Source: a bacterium (GTDB taxonomy: Bacteria; SAR324; NAC60-12). Taken from it: a stretch of 64,000 nt of DNA. Below are positions 21,308 to 32,600 of the stretch, piece by piece. Below the pieces are notes generated by a model. It saw only the letters and a list, made by a program, of their open reading frames with translations, did not search any database and had not been told where the DNA came from. Each line of letters opens with the position of its first letter. The stretch's first letter is position 1. The stretch lies in the NCBI GenBank assembly GCA_965205865.1, contig CBDBHR010000017.1:1-64000 (forward strand), written 5' to 3'. Position numbers and translations under genes: made by a program.

Positions 21308-22666
21308 TTAATCCGACTGCAAAGTCAGATGAAAGTGTAAAGGTGGGAATTTTTGTTCATCTTGGTAAAAAGCCTTGCTACGAAAATATGGATAAATAGC
21401 AAGAATTTGATTTTGATGGCAGATTAAGGGGAGTCTATTCCTTTGATGTAAAGGGAAGTTTTGATCTCTCAAAAAGTCTTTCAATTTCAATGGATTGGTC
21501 CTCCAGTGAGGATGGAATCGGTCTCCGGCTTCCCGATATCGCACTATCAAGTGACTTTGAGGCGCAACATTGAAAATCACGAGTCCTTTCAACGGAAAAC
21601 CCTGGCCGGATTTCAAAAACTGACAGTGAACTTGCTGACCGGAGTCTAAATGATTTCTGATTTCGATAGTATCAAATCGCCAAGTCGAAAAATTTGAAAC
21701 TTTTTCGGAGCATACCGAAATGATTTCTCCTTCACGTTTGCAAATTTTTTTCCCAGGTAGGTGGAATTCCCACTGATTTTTACCAAATAAAAGTAGGTCA
21801 AGAATTTGCCGGATGTGAATGTAGTTCAAATTGCAGACTCCTTGAGCACTTAAATATTGATATAAGTAAGTGCTTTGCATGATGGTCGATTTTTCCTGCA
21901 AATTCTTGATCAAAAGCATGCCCTGATGCCTCCCCTGTTTCCAGGGGGTATCACATCCACTTTGTCGGATCCATTGTTTGAGTTGTGCGCTTTGTTCTGA
22001 AAGATCTTCGATCCGAGAGACAATTTCTCCCCGAGCCAATACATTCATCAAAGGAATGAGTTCCAGCCGGATACGATTCCTCAGGTATCGGGAAGACTGA
22101 TTAGAGCGATCTTCCATCCAGGTCTGCGAAATACTCCGGAGATATTGCTGGAGTTCTAGTTTAGTGCAATTGAGCAGAGGACGAATATGGAAACCATTTT
22201 TCCATTCCATACCTCGTAAATTGGAGAGATGGCAACCTCTTAACATTTTGAATAAAAACGTTTCTGTCTGATCATCGGCATGGTGTGCGGTCACAATACA
22301 AGCTGCATTGATTTCAGCACGAATTTTTTCGGACAACTGTATGCGCCAATGTCGAGATTTTTCCTGTACGCCGGTAAATTCCCGGGCTGGCGACTGTGAT
22401 ATGAACGTATAACAGGGAAGGTTATATTGCTGTGCCAGTGCTTCGACAAAATGACGTTCCGCTAGAGACTCTGGCCGAAGCTCATGATCGAAATGGACAA
22501 TATGTAATTGGTGTTTCCACTTCTTCTGTAACTCTAATAAGATATGCAAAAGTGCTACAGAATCACTTCCTCCGCTAACACAGACCACGAGAGCGCTTTC
22601 TTGTTCAAATAGTTGATGCCCTGAAATATTGTCCGAGATTTTTTTTGCAAAAGAAGAGATCGCCAT
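21308..22666 (-). CDS. tilS: tRNA(Ile)-lysidine synthase
   Basis: SGGSDS, TAHHADDQ.ET, IRPLL, D.SN...YLRNRIR, C-terminal domain with LKDF. Confidence 0.94.
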   Translation of the reverse strand: MAISSFAKKISDNISGHQLFEQESALVVCVSGGSDSVALLHILLELQKKWKHQLHIVHFDHELRPESLAERHFVEALAQQYNLPCYTFISQSPAREFTGVQEKSRHWRIQLSEKIRAEINAACIVTAHHADDQTETFLFKMLRGCHLSNLRGMEWKNGFHIRPLLNCTKLELQQYLRSISQTWMEDRSNQSSRYLRNRIRLELIPLMNVLARGEIVSRIEDLSEQSAQLKQWIRQSGCDTPWKQGRHQGMLLIKNLQEKSTIMQSTYLYQYLSAQGVCNLNYIHIRQILDLLLFGKNQWEFHLPGKKICKREGEIISVCSEKVSNFSTWRFDTIEIRNHLDSGQQVHCQFLKSGQGFPLKGLVIFNVAPQSHLIVRYREAGDRFHPHWRTNPLKLKDFLRDQNFPLHQRNRLPLICHQNQILAIYPYFRSKAFYQDEQKFPPLHFHLTLQSD

Positions 22667-22759
22667 AAGTATAAATTGAAATAAGGCAAAATGTGTTTCA
22701 GTAAACCTTCTTCCTGACAGTGTAAATAACTCAAAGGCATTTAGTCAATCTACATATAC

Positions 22760-24455
22760 CCTAAATCCTGCAATTAGATGACAATCAAACATGGAAATGG
22801 TAATATACTCAAATAGTTAACACCAGAATCAACATTTTAAGAGATCACCATTACCATGAAAAACAAAGGTAGCGCAAGATCGGCAAGAACGACAGCAAAA
22901 AACATCCATATCAGCCAGGGAGGCAGAGACCTGACCGCGCAAGCAGGCTTGATTCCGGTTGTCAAATTTTTTCACAAAGAAGGGATTGTTTCAAAGACAG
23001 AGCAGACCGTAGATCATCGGCGTGGCGCCACGGGTCTTTATGACGCGGTGGACATGGTCATTTTGTCGGTGGTCGGCATTGTTGGTGGCGCCCGTTCGAT
23101 TCGTTCGATTGTGACAGTTTGGAACGACCGTGTTTTGAGTCGTGTGGCCGGTTGGCTGAGGATTCCGGATGAAACCACATTCGGCCGGATACTGCGTACT
23201 TTCACACAGAAAAACATCAATGAGATGGAGAGCTTGAACCATCGGATTCGAGCCGGTATCTGGCGTAAGGCGCTTCGAAGTGGGACAAGCATCGTTGGGG
23301 TGTTACACTGTCTTGTGATTGACGTGGACTCCACTGTGAAAACGGCCTACGGCAAGCAGCAAGGAGTGTCTGTCGGATATAATCCCCACAAACGCGGTGC
23401 AGCTTCGTATCATCCTCTGCTGGCATTTTGCGCAGAGACAAAGGAGATTCTTCAGGGTTGGCTTCGTGATGGGAGTGCCTATACCAGCAATGGAGTCGTT
23501 GAATTCATGCGGCAACTTCTCGCTCACCTTCCAAATCGGACTCGCACTCTGTTTCGTGGAGACAGTGGTTTTTTTGTGGGGGATTTGCTGGATTTCCTCG
23601 AAGAACGAGGCCATGGCTATCTGATCAAGGTCAAACTCAAGGGGCTTGTCTCGTTGTTGGAAACCCAAAAATGGCAAAAAGTGAAGGGGCAGCCCGCTTG
23701 GGAAGGGTGTGAGTTTTCCCACCAATGTGAAACTTGGAGGAGGTCAAGAAAATTCATGGCCGTACGCAGGGAGAAAGAGGAGGAACTCAAAGGGATGGCC
23801 ACCCTCTTTGAGATGAAGGAGTACGATTATTTTTGTTATGTTCTCACTGACGCGCTCACTCCCTGGCAGGCTCACAAAGAGTATGGCCAAAGGGCGGTCG
23901 CTGAGACATGGATTGAGGAAGCAAAAAATCAAACTGCGCTGGCTCAGATTAAAACCGACGATTTTTGGGCCAACAGTGCCTTGTTCCAATGCGCGATACT
24001 CGCTTACAACACGCTGCGCTGGATGGCCCTTTGTAGTGGTAACGCAATACTGCGCCGTTGGGAACCGGCCACCATGCGCACCTATCTTGTCCGAATGGCA
24101 GGAAAATGGACGAGTGGCGCTCGTCAACAAAAACTGAGAGTTCCGGAAAGAACACTTTACAATGCTCAATGGGATGCATGGGTCGCTGTTGGAGAGACCT
24201 GGATCCTTTGTTTCACTCCAGTGGATACATTTTGCTGAGATGTAGATTCCCAAATCCAGGGAGAAGTACGTCTTGAATCTTGTGCCCGCGAAAGCGGGTA
24301 TCAGATCATCACAAAATATGACGATCTAATGGAGGGCGGAAAAACCTTTATGAGCAAGGACTGATGGAAATTCAACTCTCAAATCCTTTTTTTTAAAAAA
24401 ACCTCTCAAAGAGTGGGGGGAAACTCAATCAAAATATTCAATTGCAGGATTTAGG
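22760..24455 (+). mobile_element. IS1380-family insertion sequence, copy 2 (1,696 bp)
   Basis: Same TIRs as copy 1; 5-bp TSD TATAC at 22755-22759 and 24456-24460. Confidence 0.93.
22856..24238 (+). CDS. IS1380-family DDE transposase
   Basis: Identical to 6345-7727 except R5G and one N-to-I change near the C-terminus. Confidence 0.92.
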   Translation: MKNKGSARSARTTAKNIHISQGGRDLTAQAGLIPVVKFFHKEGIVSKTEQTVDHRRGATGLYDAVDMVILSVVGIVGGARSIRSIVTVWNDRVLSRVAGWLRIPDETTFGRILRTFTQKNINEMESLNHRIRAGIWRKALRSGTSIVGVLHCLVIDVDSTVKTAYGKQQGVSVGYNPHKRGAASYHPLLAFCAETKEILQGWLRDGSAYTSNGVVEFMRQLLAHLPNRTRTLFRGDSGFFVGDLLDFLEERGHGYLIKVKLKGLVSLLETQKWQKVKGQPAWEGCEFSHQCETWRRSRKFMAVRREKEEELKGMATLFEMKEYDYFCYVLTDALTPWQAHKEYGQRAVAETWIEEAKNQTALAQIKTDDFWANSALFQCAILAYNTLRWMALCSGNAILRRWEPATMRTYLVRMAGKWTSGARQQKLRVPERTLYNAQWDAWVAVGETWILCFTPVDTFC

Positions 24456-24606
24456 TATACTCTAAACGGGTTTAAATTTCACTTTTCAAAAGAACTGTCA
24501 TTCCGAGCTAAGGGGGCTGCCTAAGCAAGAATCTCATGGGAATCAAGAAGATCCTTTGGTTCCCTCAGGATGACAAAAAATGAAGAAATCATCCGTTCAC
24601 AGTATA
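24456..24606. mobile_element. MITE-like element with internal REP-like dimer
   Basis: Imperfect TIR tatactctaaacgg / ccgttcacagtata; internal TGTCATTCCGAG...GGATGACA at 24496-24575. Confidence 0.6.
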
Positions 24607-24759
24607 TCGTCGCTGTGAGAGAAAAAAAGTCTGGTGAAATGCCGGTACATTTTTGAACGAGACTTTGCCAGTAATGACAAGAAAGAAATACTAAATTCCA
24701 GGAATATTGGGAGAAGATCCGCTTTTAAGCATCCTCTTTTTCCCGGAGAAAGGCTGTGT

Positions 24760-25413
24760 TTGGCAAACATAGGTATTATCTGTTCTTTATGGGCAGAAGC
24801 AAAACCCTTGCTCTCCTGGCATTCTCAGCCTCGGATTTTCCAGTTCAAGCAGCATACTTGGATTGAAATGAAGTTACAGGAACATCTACTGAGGGTCTTG
24901 GTCAGTAAAGTGGGAAAATCCAATAGTATGCGTGCAACGAAGCTGATCATTCAAGAACATATTCCTAAATTGATCGTCAATTTTGGCAGTGCCGGCGCTA
25001 TAGCGCCCACCGTGAAAATAGGGGATGTTATCGTTGCTACCGCCACGGCAGAATATTTGCAACCTCCTCCTTTTTGCGATCTCTTATTCGCAGATCCCAA
25101 AGTTCTTGCCATTGCCCGAGCCATTCCTCAAATCCGACTGGGACCCATTGTTTCAGGGGAACAGAATATTGAGAATGAAAAGTTGAAACATGATTTGTTT
25201 GTGCGCTACAAAGCATTCTGTGGAGACTGGGAAAGTGCTGTCGTAATGAGAATTTGCCGGGAACTTCAAACAGATGCTTTTGCATTTCGCGTAGTTACGG
25301 ATTTGGCAAATAAACAAGCAATTGCAGATTTTGAACGGCATCATGCAATAGTTTTGCAGAAAGCAGCTCAGTTGCTGAAGCAGTACTTAAACCGTTGGAA
25401 CCCTACTGGCTGA
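24760..25413 (+). CDS. MTA/SAH nucleosidase-like protein (PNP/UDP phosphorylase family)
   Basis: IGIICSLWAEA, VGK, NFGSAGA, GDVIVA, DWESA, FRVVTDLA; start uncertain (TTG 24760 or GTG 24634). Confidence 0.78.
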   Translation: MANIGIICSLWAEAKPLLSWHSQPRIFQFKQHTWIEMKLQEHLLRVLVSKVGKSNSMRATKLIIQEHIPKLIVNFGSAGAIAPTVKIGDVIVATATAEYLQPPPFCDLLFADPKVLAIARAIPQIRLGPIVSGEQNIENEKLKHDLFVRYKAFCGDWESAVVMRICRELQTDAFAFRVVTDLANKQAIADFERHHAIVLQKAAQLLKQYLNRWNPTG

Positions 25414-26546
25414 AAGAGCATCTTGGATTTCTTGAATTACATCAATGTGACGTTCTTGTTTGTATGACTCCTTCAAAGTTTTTCTGGCATCAGGATGATC
25501 GATTTGTCCCAAAGCCCATGCAGAATGAGACCGAATGAGCGGTTCTTCTTCCTGCAAACCGTGTTTCAGAGCCAGAATAGCCAGAGGACTGCCCCAGTTA
25601 CCCAAGGCAATGGCCACATTGCGTAAGAATCCTTTCCGTTTTGCCCGTTTGACTGGACTGTTTTTGAATCGTTTGCTGAATTCTTCCTGGGTCAAAAACA
25701 TCAATGAAATCAGATTCGGCATGATGTTTTCGGCTCTTGGTCGGAATCCGGGTTCCAGTGAGATAGGAGCATTTCTGTTCCAAGGACACACTTCCTGACA
25801 AATATCGCAACCAAAAACCATATTTCCCATGGTAGACCTGAATTGTTGAGGAACGCTCCCTTTCAATTCAATGGTGAGATATGAAATACAGCGTCTGGCA
25901 TCAATTTGTCGTTCGTTTAATATAGCATCAGTGGGGCAGGCTTCCAGGCACTTGGTGCAGTTTCCACAATCTCCCCAAGGGGTCACAACATCATATTTCA
26001 GCTTTATGTCCAGCAGGATTTCCGCTAAAAAAAACCAAGATCCCTTTTTCCAGTTGATCAGCATCGAGTTTTTACCCAGCCATCCCAGACCGGCTCGATG
26101 GGCGTATTCACGCTCTAGGATAGGACCGGTGTCCACGTAGACACGACTGTATTTTTGATGAGGAATCGTTGTTTCGATATAGTGGCGGAGTGCTTCCAAT
26201 TTTTCCCGTACCACCTGATGATAGTCCGTCCCCCAAGCATAAGAACTAATTCTTCCCTTGGAAGATTCGTTTTTTTCTGATTCAGGAATGGAGGCAGTGT
26301 GATAATTGATACCCAAAGAAATCAAAGAAAGGGTTTCCGGCATCACCTTGCGAAGATCTCGCTTTTTTTCATAGTGTTGATCTAGATATTCCATTTCTCC
26401 TGAATATCCCATAGTAAGCCATTGTCCGTAAATGTTAATACTTTGGCTTGGTGAGACAGGTATCACATGGACTAAATCAAAGCCGAGTTCTCGGGCTTTT
26501 TTTTTATTTCAACAGTGATTTCGACGTTGTTGGATATAGTTTCCAC
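25387..26546 (-). CDS. queG: Epoxyqueuosine reductase QueG (frameshift in an A9 tract near the 5' end)
   Basis: GEMEYL, YAWG.DYH, VDTGPILER, CGNCTKCLEACPT, DARRCISY, GCDICQEVCPWN, HEAT-repeat tail. GTG start at 26546 with GAGGAG RBS is one base out of frame. Confidence 0.9.
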
Positions 26547-26680
26547 GGCACTCCTCAGGTAATGAAAGTTTAACGAAAATCATTGTGCCTAATGTTGGAT
26601 TTGTCGTGACCAAGGGTCCGTTAATTGTTTCGATACGCTGGTATGGAAAACCCGGGATATTGAGACTATTCAGTTCGAAC

Positions 26681-29600
26681 TCACTGACTCTCTTTTAAAC
26701 TCTTCAAATAAACTGCAATTATGTTGGATCGTTCCCGGGCAAATTGCCCGTATTTTTTATGTTCGGAAGTCTTTGTTTTGATAACCCGGTCGTAGTGAAG
26801 TTTTGCTTTTCGCCACTGTTCCTGTTGCTCGTATAAAATGCCCAATTTCAGGTTAACTGTAATATACCATTCGAGGTTTTTTGAAATTGGACGGAATGCC
26901 ATTTTTGCAAGTATCTTGATGGTTTTGACAGGGTCGGATTCCAGTTCCGCCAATTGCCAGGCAGCACTCAATTCTTCTTCTTGGATTCCTCCCTTGTCTG
27001 CTTCGGCAAACCATTTTCGCGCCTGAGTTTTATCGTTCAAAGGACTCAAATAGAAACTTCCCAGTTTGTAGGCAAAATGAATTTGATCATCCGTGTCTCT
27101 CAATAAAGGATAGGTTTGTTCATAGACGTCTACTACTTTTCTATAATTTTTTTCGTGCTCATAGATGACGGACAAACTCTTAGTCAAAAAGATCAGAGTT
27201 GCCTGATCTTCGATCGAGACAATTTTGAGGGCATTGCTATAAAACTTTTCAGCAAGCTGATTGTCAGATAATTTAAGGGCCGCCTCTCCTCGAGTAAGCA
27301 AAGCTTCCAGGGATTCTGCTTTAGAGGCATCCAGCTTTCCCCAATCCTGATATGCGTCCAAAATGCCTTGCCAATTTTTTTGATGACGCTCGGCATAAAC
27401 CAGGACCTCATAAAGTTCATGGCTTGGAGTAAAATTTTGTAGGCTGAATCCATTTCGAATGCGCAAGGCCACGTCTTGCCATGATTTGTTTTTAATCAAT
27501 TGATCCAACTCTTGAATGGCATTGTTTTTTTCAATCTCTTGAATCCGTTTTTCCGCGTATTCTTGAAGTTCCAAATCTTCCTTTTTCGTGATTGCTTTAT
27601 CGCCAGCCATCACACGGTATTTTTTCAGAGCTTCTGGTAAAAGTTGATGTTTTTCATATAAAATTGCCAGACGATAATTAACATTTAATGCCCACTCGGG
27701 TTTCAATGAGCGTTCGGTGAGGTTGTTCAAAAGTTGAATTGCCTGATCCATTTCTCCCAACTCTTCGGCAATGTCACTCAGCAACAGAATTGCGCGCACC
27801 TCTAAGTCAGTCGCTTGACCCCGGTCCACTTTTTGGAGCCATTGCCTTGCCTTATCGTACTCTTGGAGAGAATCGTAGTATATTTGCCCTATCACAAGAG
27901 CATACTTTTGTTGAGCTGTCGTTTCGCTGAGATGGGGAATCAGGTCTTGTTCATATATTTGTACCACACTTATATAGTCTTCATCATTGAGGTATGAATC
28001 CGCCAATTGAAAGACAATCCCTTCTCTCAACTCCAGGTCGATTTCCGGAAGGGATAGGATTTTTTTGTAAAGGTCTCTACTCTTTTCAAGGCGATTTAAT
28101 TTTTCTTCCGTCTCTGCCCAATCGATTAAAAATTCTGATTTTTGAACTTCTTTTGGAAAAACAGATTCCCAGCGTATATAAGTCGCTGCAACATTTTTCA
28201 AATCCTCGAGTTGGTGATAAGCATCCAGCAATATTTGAAAGTGGTCGGGGAGCAATGGAAAGTTTTTTCTTTTTAAAAATTCTTCGATATGCGTCGCCAT
28301 GCTATTCCAGTCTTTAGTTTCCTGGTATATTTCTATCAATTTTTCGAAAGCGAATGTTTCATAATTTGGATTATGTTTGATAGCGTGCAAATCAACTACC
28401 GCCTGCTTCCATTGTTTAGTCTGGTGGAAACAGACACTCCTGGCATAGAGTACAAATTGCCGGTCTGCTGGTTTCAAGGTAGAAAAGACCTCTCTGCTTT
28501 CTTTAAGAATCTTTTCGCATTGATTGTTCTTTAGAGCTATATCGATGTCCTTCATCCAAAAGTAGTTTCTGTGTTGATCACTCAACGTCGAGTTGTTTCT
28601 CGCCTCTGCCAGCAGGTTTTGCAATTCTCGATGACGATTCTCTCTCTCAAGAAGCTGTGATAATTGCAGGATCAATTCCACATCATTTTGATATTCTTTG
28701 CTTTTTCTAGCAAACTCGAGTTCTCTAATTGCCTGTACATTATCCTCTTGATTGATAAAAAGCTGTCCCAGTTCATAGTGAACGCCAGCTACATGAGTAC
28801 TATCCCCAGTTTTTAAGTATTGCATATAATATGAAATCGTTTCCAGTGGTTCATTTAATTCGAGAAAAAGTTTGCCTATACGTCGAAGAGCGCGAGCATG
28901 ATATTGTTTGTCTTCCGTCTGCAGATAATTCTGGTAGAGTTCGACAATGCCTTCCAAGTGAGCTCTTTTTTGCTGAGACTCAGGTTGGCTGAGCAAGATT
29001 TGATACTCCCCTTCGGCTTTGAAAAACAGGGTGGATTGACGTAGGGGAAATCGAGGAAATTGCTCTAATTTATCAAAAAAAGCGACGGCCTCTTTGTAAT
29101 TTTGCTTCTCCCACTCCTGCTGCCCAAGCTGATAGTAAAGCGCAGCGATCCTTGCATTGGCATCGCCTTGATACTGGTTGTCTTCCGTTAACAAATAATT
29201 TTGGTAAAGTTGCGCGATTGCTTCCAGGCGAGTTCGTTCATACTTTGACTTTGGTTCAATCAACAAGATTTGATACTCACCTTCAGCTTTGAGATAGAGG
29301 ACCGGGTGACGCAAGGGAAATTGAGGAAATTGCTCGAGTTCGTCAAAAAATGCGAGGGCCTCTTTGTAGTTTTGCTTCTTCCATTCATTTTGACCGAGCT
29401 GGTAGTAAAGCGAAGCGATTCTCGCATTAGCGTCACTTTGATATTGGCTGTCTCCCGTCTCCAAATAGTTTTGGTAGAGTTGCACGATTGCTTCCAGACG
29501 AGTTCGTTCATGCTTTGACTTTGGTTCGCTCAACAACATTTGATACTCCCCTTCGGCTTTGAGAAAAAGGGTGGGATGGCGTAGAGGGAACTGCGGGAAT

Positions 29601-32600
29601 TGCTTGAGTTCGTCAAAAAAAGTGAGGGCCTCTTTGTAGTTTTGCTTCTTCCATTCGTTCTGGCCGAGTTGAAAGTAAAGCGAAGCGATCCTCGCTCTGG
29701 CATCGCTTCGATACTGTTCGTCCTGGGTTACCAAATAGTTTTGGTAGAGTTGCGCAATGGCTTCCAATCGAGCTCGTTCGTGCTGTGATTCAGGCTGATT
29801 GAGTAGAATTTGATATTCCCCTTCAGCTTTGAGAAAAAGGGCGGGGTGACGCAGGGCGAATTGAGGGAATTGTTCCAGTTCGTCAAAAAAAGTGATGGCC
29901 TCTCTGTAGTTTTGCTTTTCCCATTCATTCTGCCCGAGTTGATAGTAAAGTGAAGCGACCCTCGCTCCGGCATCGCTTCGATACTGTTCGTCCCGGGTCA
30001 CCAAATAGTTTTTGTAGAGTTGCGCAATAGCTTCCAATCGAGCTCTTTCGTGCTGTGATTCAGGCTGACTGAGAAAAATTTGATATTCCCCTTCGGCTGT
30101 GAGAAAGAGGGTAGGGTGACGTAGAGAGAACTGGGGGAATTGCTCTAATTCATTAAAAAAAGCAACGGCTTCTTTGTAGTTTTGCTTTTCCCATTCATTC
30201 TGTCCGAGTTGATAGTAAAGCGAAGCGATCCTCGCATTGGCATCGCTTTGGAACTCATTGTCCTCGGTTTTGAGATAATTCTGGTAGAGTTGCGCAATGG
30301 CTTCCAGGCGAGCTCGTTTGCGCAGCGTTTGAGGCTCGCTGAGCAGAATTTGATACTGTCCTTCGGCTTTGAGAAAGAGGGCCAGATGCCGTTGAGAGAA
30401 CTGAGGGAATTGCTCGACTTTCTCAAAAAAAACAACGGCTTCTTTGTAGTTTTGTTTTTCCCACTCTAACTGACCAATCTGGTAGTAAAGCAAGGCAATC
30501 CTCGCTCTGGCATCGCCTTCGTACTTGCTGTCCTGGCTCTTTAAATAGTTCTGGAAGAATTTCACGATGGTTTCCAAGTGAATTCTTTTATGCTGAGACT
30601 CTGGCTGGCTGAGCAGAATTTGATATTCCCCTTCGGCTTTGAGAAAGAGAGTGGAGTGACGTAAGGGGAATTGAGGAAATTGCTCGAGTTCGTCAAAAAA
30701 AGCGATCGCTTCTTTGTAGTTTCGCTTTTCCCACTCCAACTGACCGAGCTGATAGTAAAGTGAAGCAATCCTCGCATTGGCATCGTTTTGGTACTGACGG
30801 TCCTCAGTTTTAAGGTAGTTTTGATAGAGTTGAATGATACTTTCCATTCGTGCTCGTTTATGTTGGGACTCAGGTTCACCGAGCAGGATTTGATACTCCC
30901 CTTCAGCTTTGAGAAAGAGAGTGGGGTGACGTAAGGGGAATTGAGGGAATTGATCGAGTTCGTAAAAAAAAGCGATCGCTTCTTTGTAATTTTGCTTTTC
31001 CCATTCCTCCTGTCCGAGCTGGTAATAAAGCGAAGCGACCCTCGCTTTAGCATCGTCTTGGAACTTGCTGTCCTCGGTTTTGAGGTAGTTCTGATAGAGC
31101 TGAATTATGGCTTCCTTGCGAGCACCCGTTTGCTTGGACTGAGGCTCGCTCTGCAGGATTTGATACTGCCCTTCGGCTTTGAGAAAAAGGGTGGAGTGGC
31201 TCTGACGAAATTGAGGGAATTGCTCGAGTTCGTCAAAAAAGGCAAGGGCTTCATGATAGTTTTGCTTCTCCCATTCCTCCAGTCCGAGCTGATAGTAAAG
31301 CAAAGCGACCCTCGTATTGGCATCGTCTTTGTATTGGCTGTCCTCGGTTTTCAAATAGTTTTGATAGAGCTGAATGATGGCTTCCTTGCGAGCACCCGTT
31401 TGCTTGGACTGAGGTTCGCTCTGCAGGATTTGATATTCTCCTTCGGCTTTGAGAAAAAGAGCGGGGTGGCGCAGAGGGAATTGAGGGAATTGCTCGAGTT
31501 CGTCAAAATAAGCAATCGCTTCTCTATAGTTTTGCTTTTCCCATTCATTCTTACCAAGTTGGTAGTAAAGCGAAGCGATCTTCGCCCGGGCATCGGCTTG
31601 GTATTGGCTGTCTTCAGTCTCTAAATAGTCTTGGTAGAGCCGAACGATGGCTTCCAAACGAGCCCCTTTGTGCTCAGACTCAGACTGGCTCAATAAGATT
31701 AGGTACTCCCCTTCTGCTTTAAGAAAGAGGGTGGGATGGCGAAGAGGAAATTGAGGGAATTGTTCCAGTTTGTCAAAAAAAGTGATGGCTTCTTTGTAGT
31801 TTTGTTTTTCCCATTCATTCTGACCGAGCTGATAGTAAAGCGAAGCAATTCTAGCTCGTGCATCGGCTTGGTATTGGCTGTCCTCCGTCTCCAAATAGGT
31901 CAGGTAGAGCAACACGATGGTTTCCAGGCGAGTTTGATTGAGTTGCGATTCAGGCTGGCTCTGTAAAATTTGATACTCCCCTTCGGCTTTGAGAAAAAGG
32001 GTTGGATGACGTAAGGGGAACTGAGGGAATTGTTCTAGTATATCAAAAAATGCGATGGCTTCTTTATAGTTCTGTTTCTCCCATTCCTGCTGACCGATTT
32101 GGTAGTAAAGGGAAGCAATTCTCGCTTTTGCTTCTCCTTGATACTGGTTTTTCTCGGTTTTGAGATAATTCTGATAAAGCAACACAATGGCTTCCATCCG
32201 AGATCGATTCTGCTCAGGCTCAGGCCGATTGAGCAAGATTTGGTACTCCCCTTCGGCTTTGAGAAAAAGGGTGGAGTCGAGCAGAGGGAACTGAGGGAAT
32301 TGTTCCAGTTCGTCAAAAAAAGCGATCGCTTCTTTATAGTTTTGTTTTTCCCATTCCTGCTGACCGATTTGATAGTAAAGCGAAGCAATTCTCGCTCGAG
32401 CATCAGCGCGGTATTGGCTGTCTTCTGTTTCTAAATAGGTCTGATAGAGCGCAACGATGGTTTCCAGGTGAACCCGTTCGTGTTGTGATTCAGGCTGACC
32501 GAGTAAAATTTGATATTCCCCTTCGGCTTTGAGAAAAAGGGTTGGGTGACGTAAGGGGAATTGAGGAAATTGTTCCAGTTTGTCAAAAAACACGACGGCT

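Noticed and set aside
6249-24455. Composite transposon formed by the two IS1380 copies
   Set aside because: Each copy has its own TSD and the enclosed genes are housekeeping.
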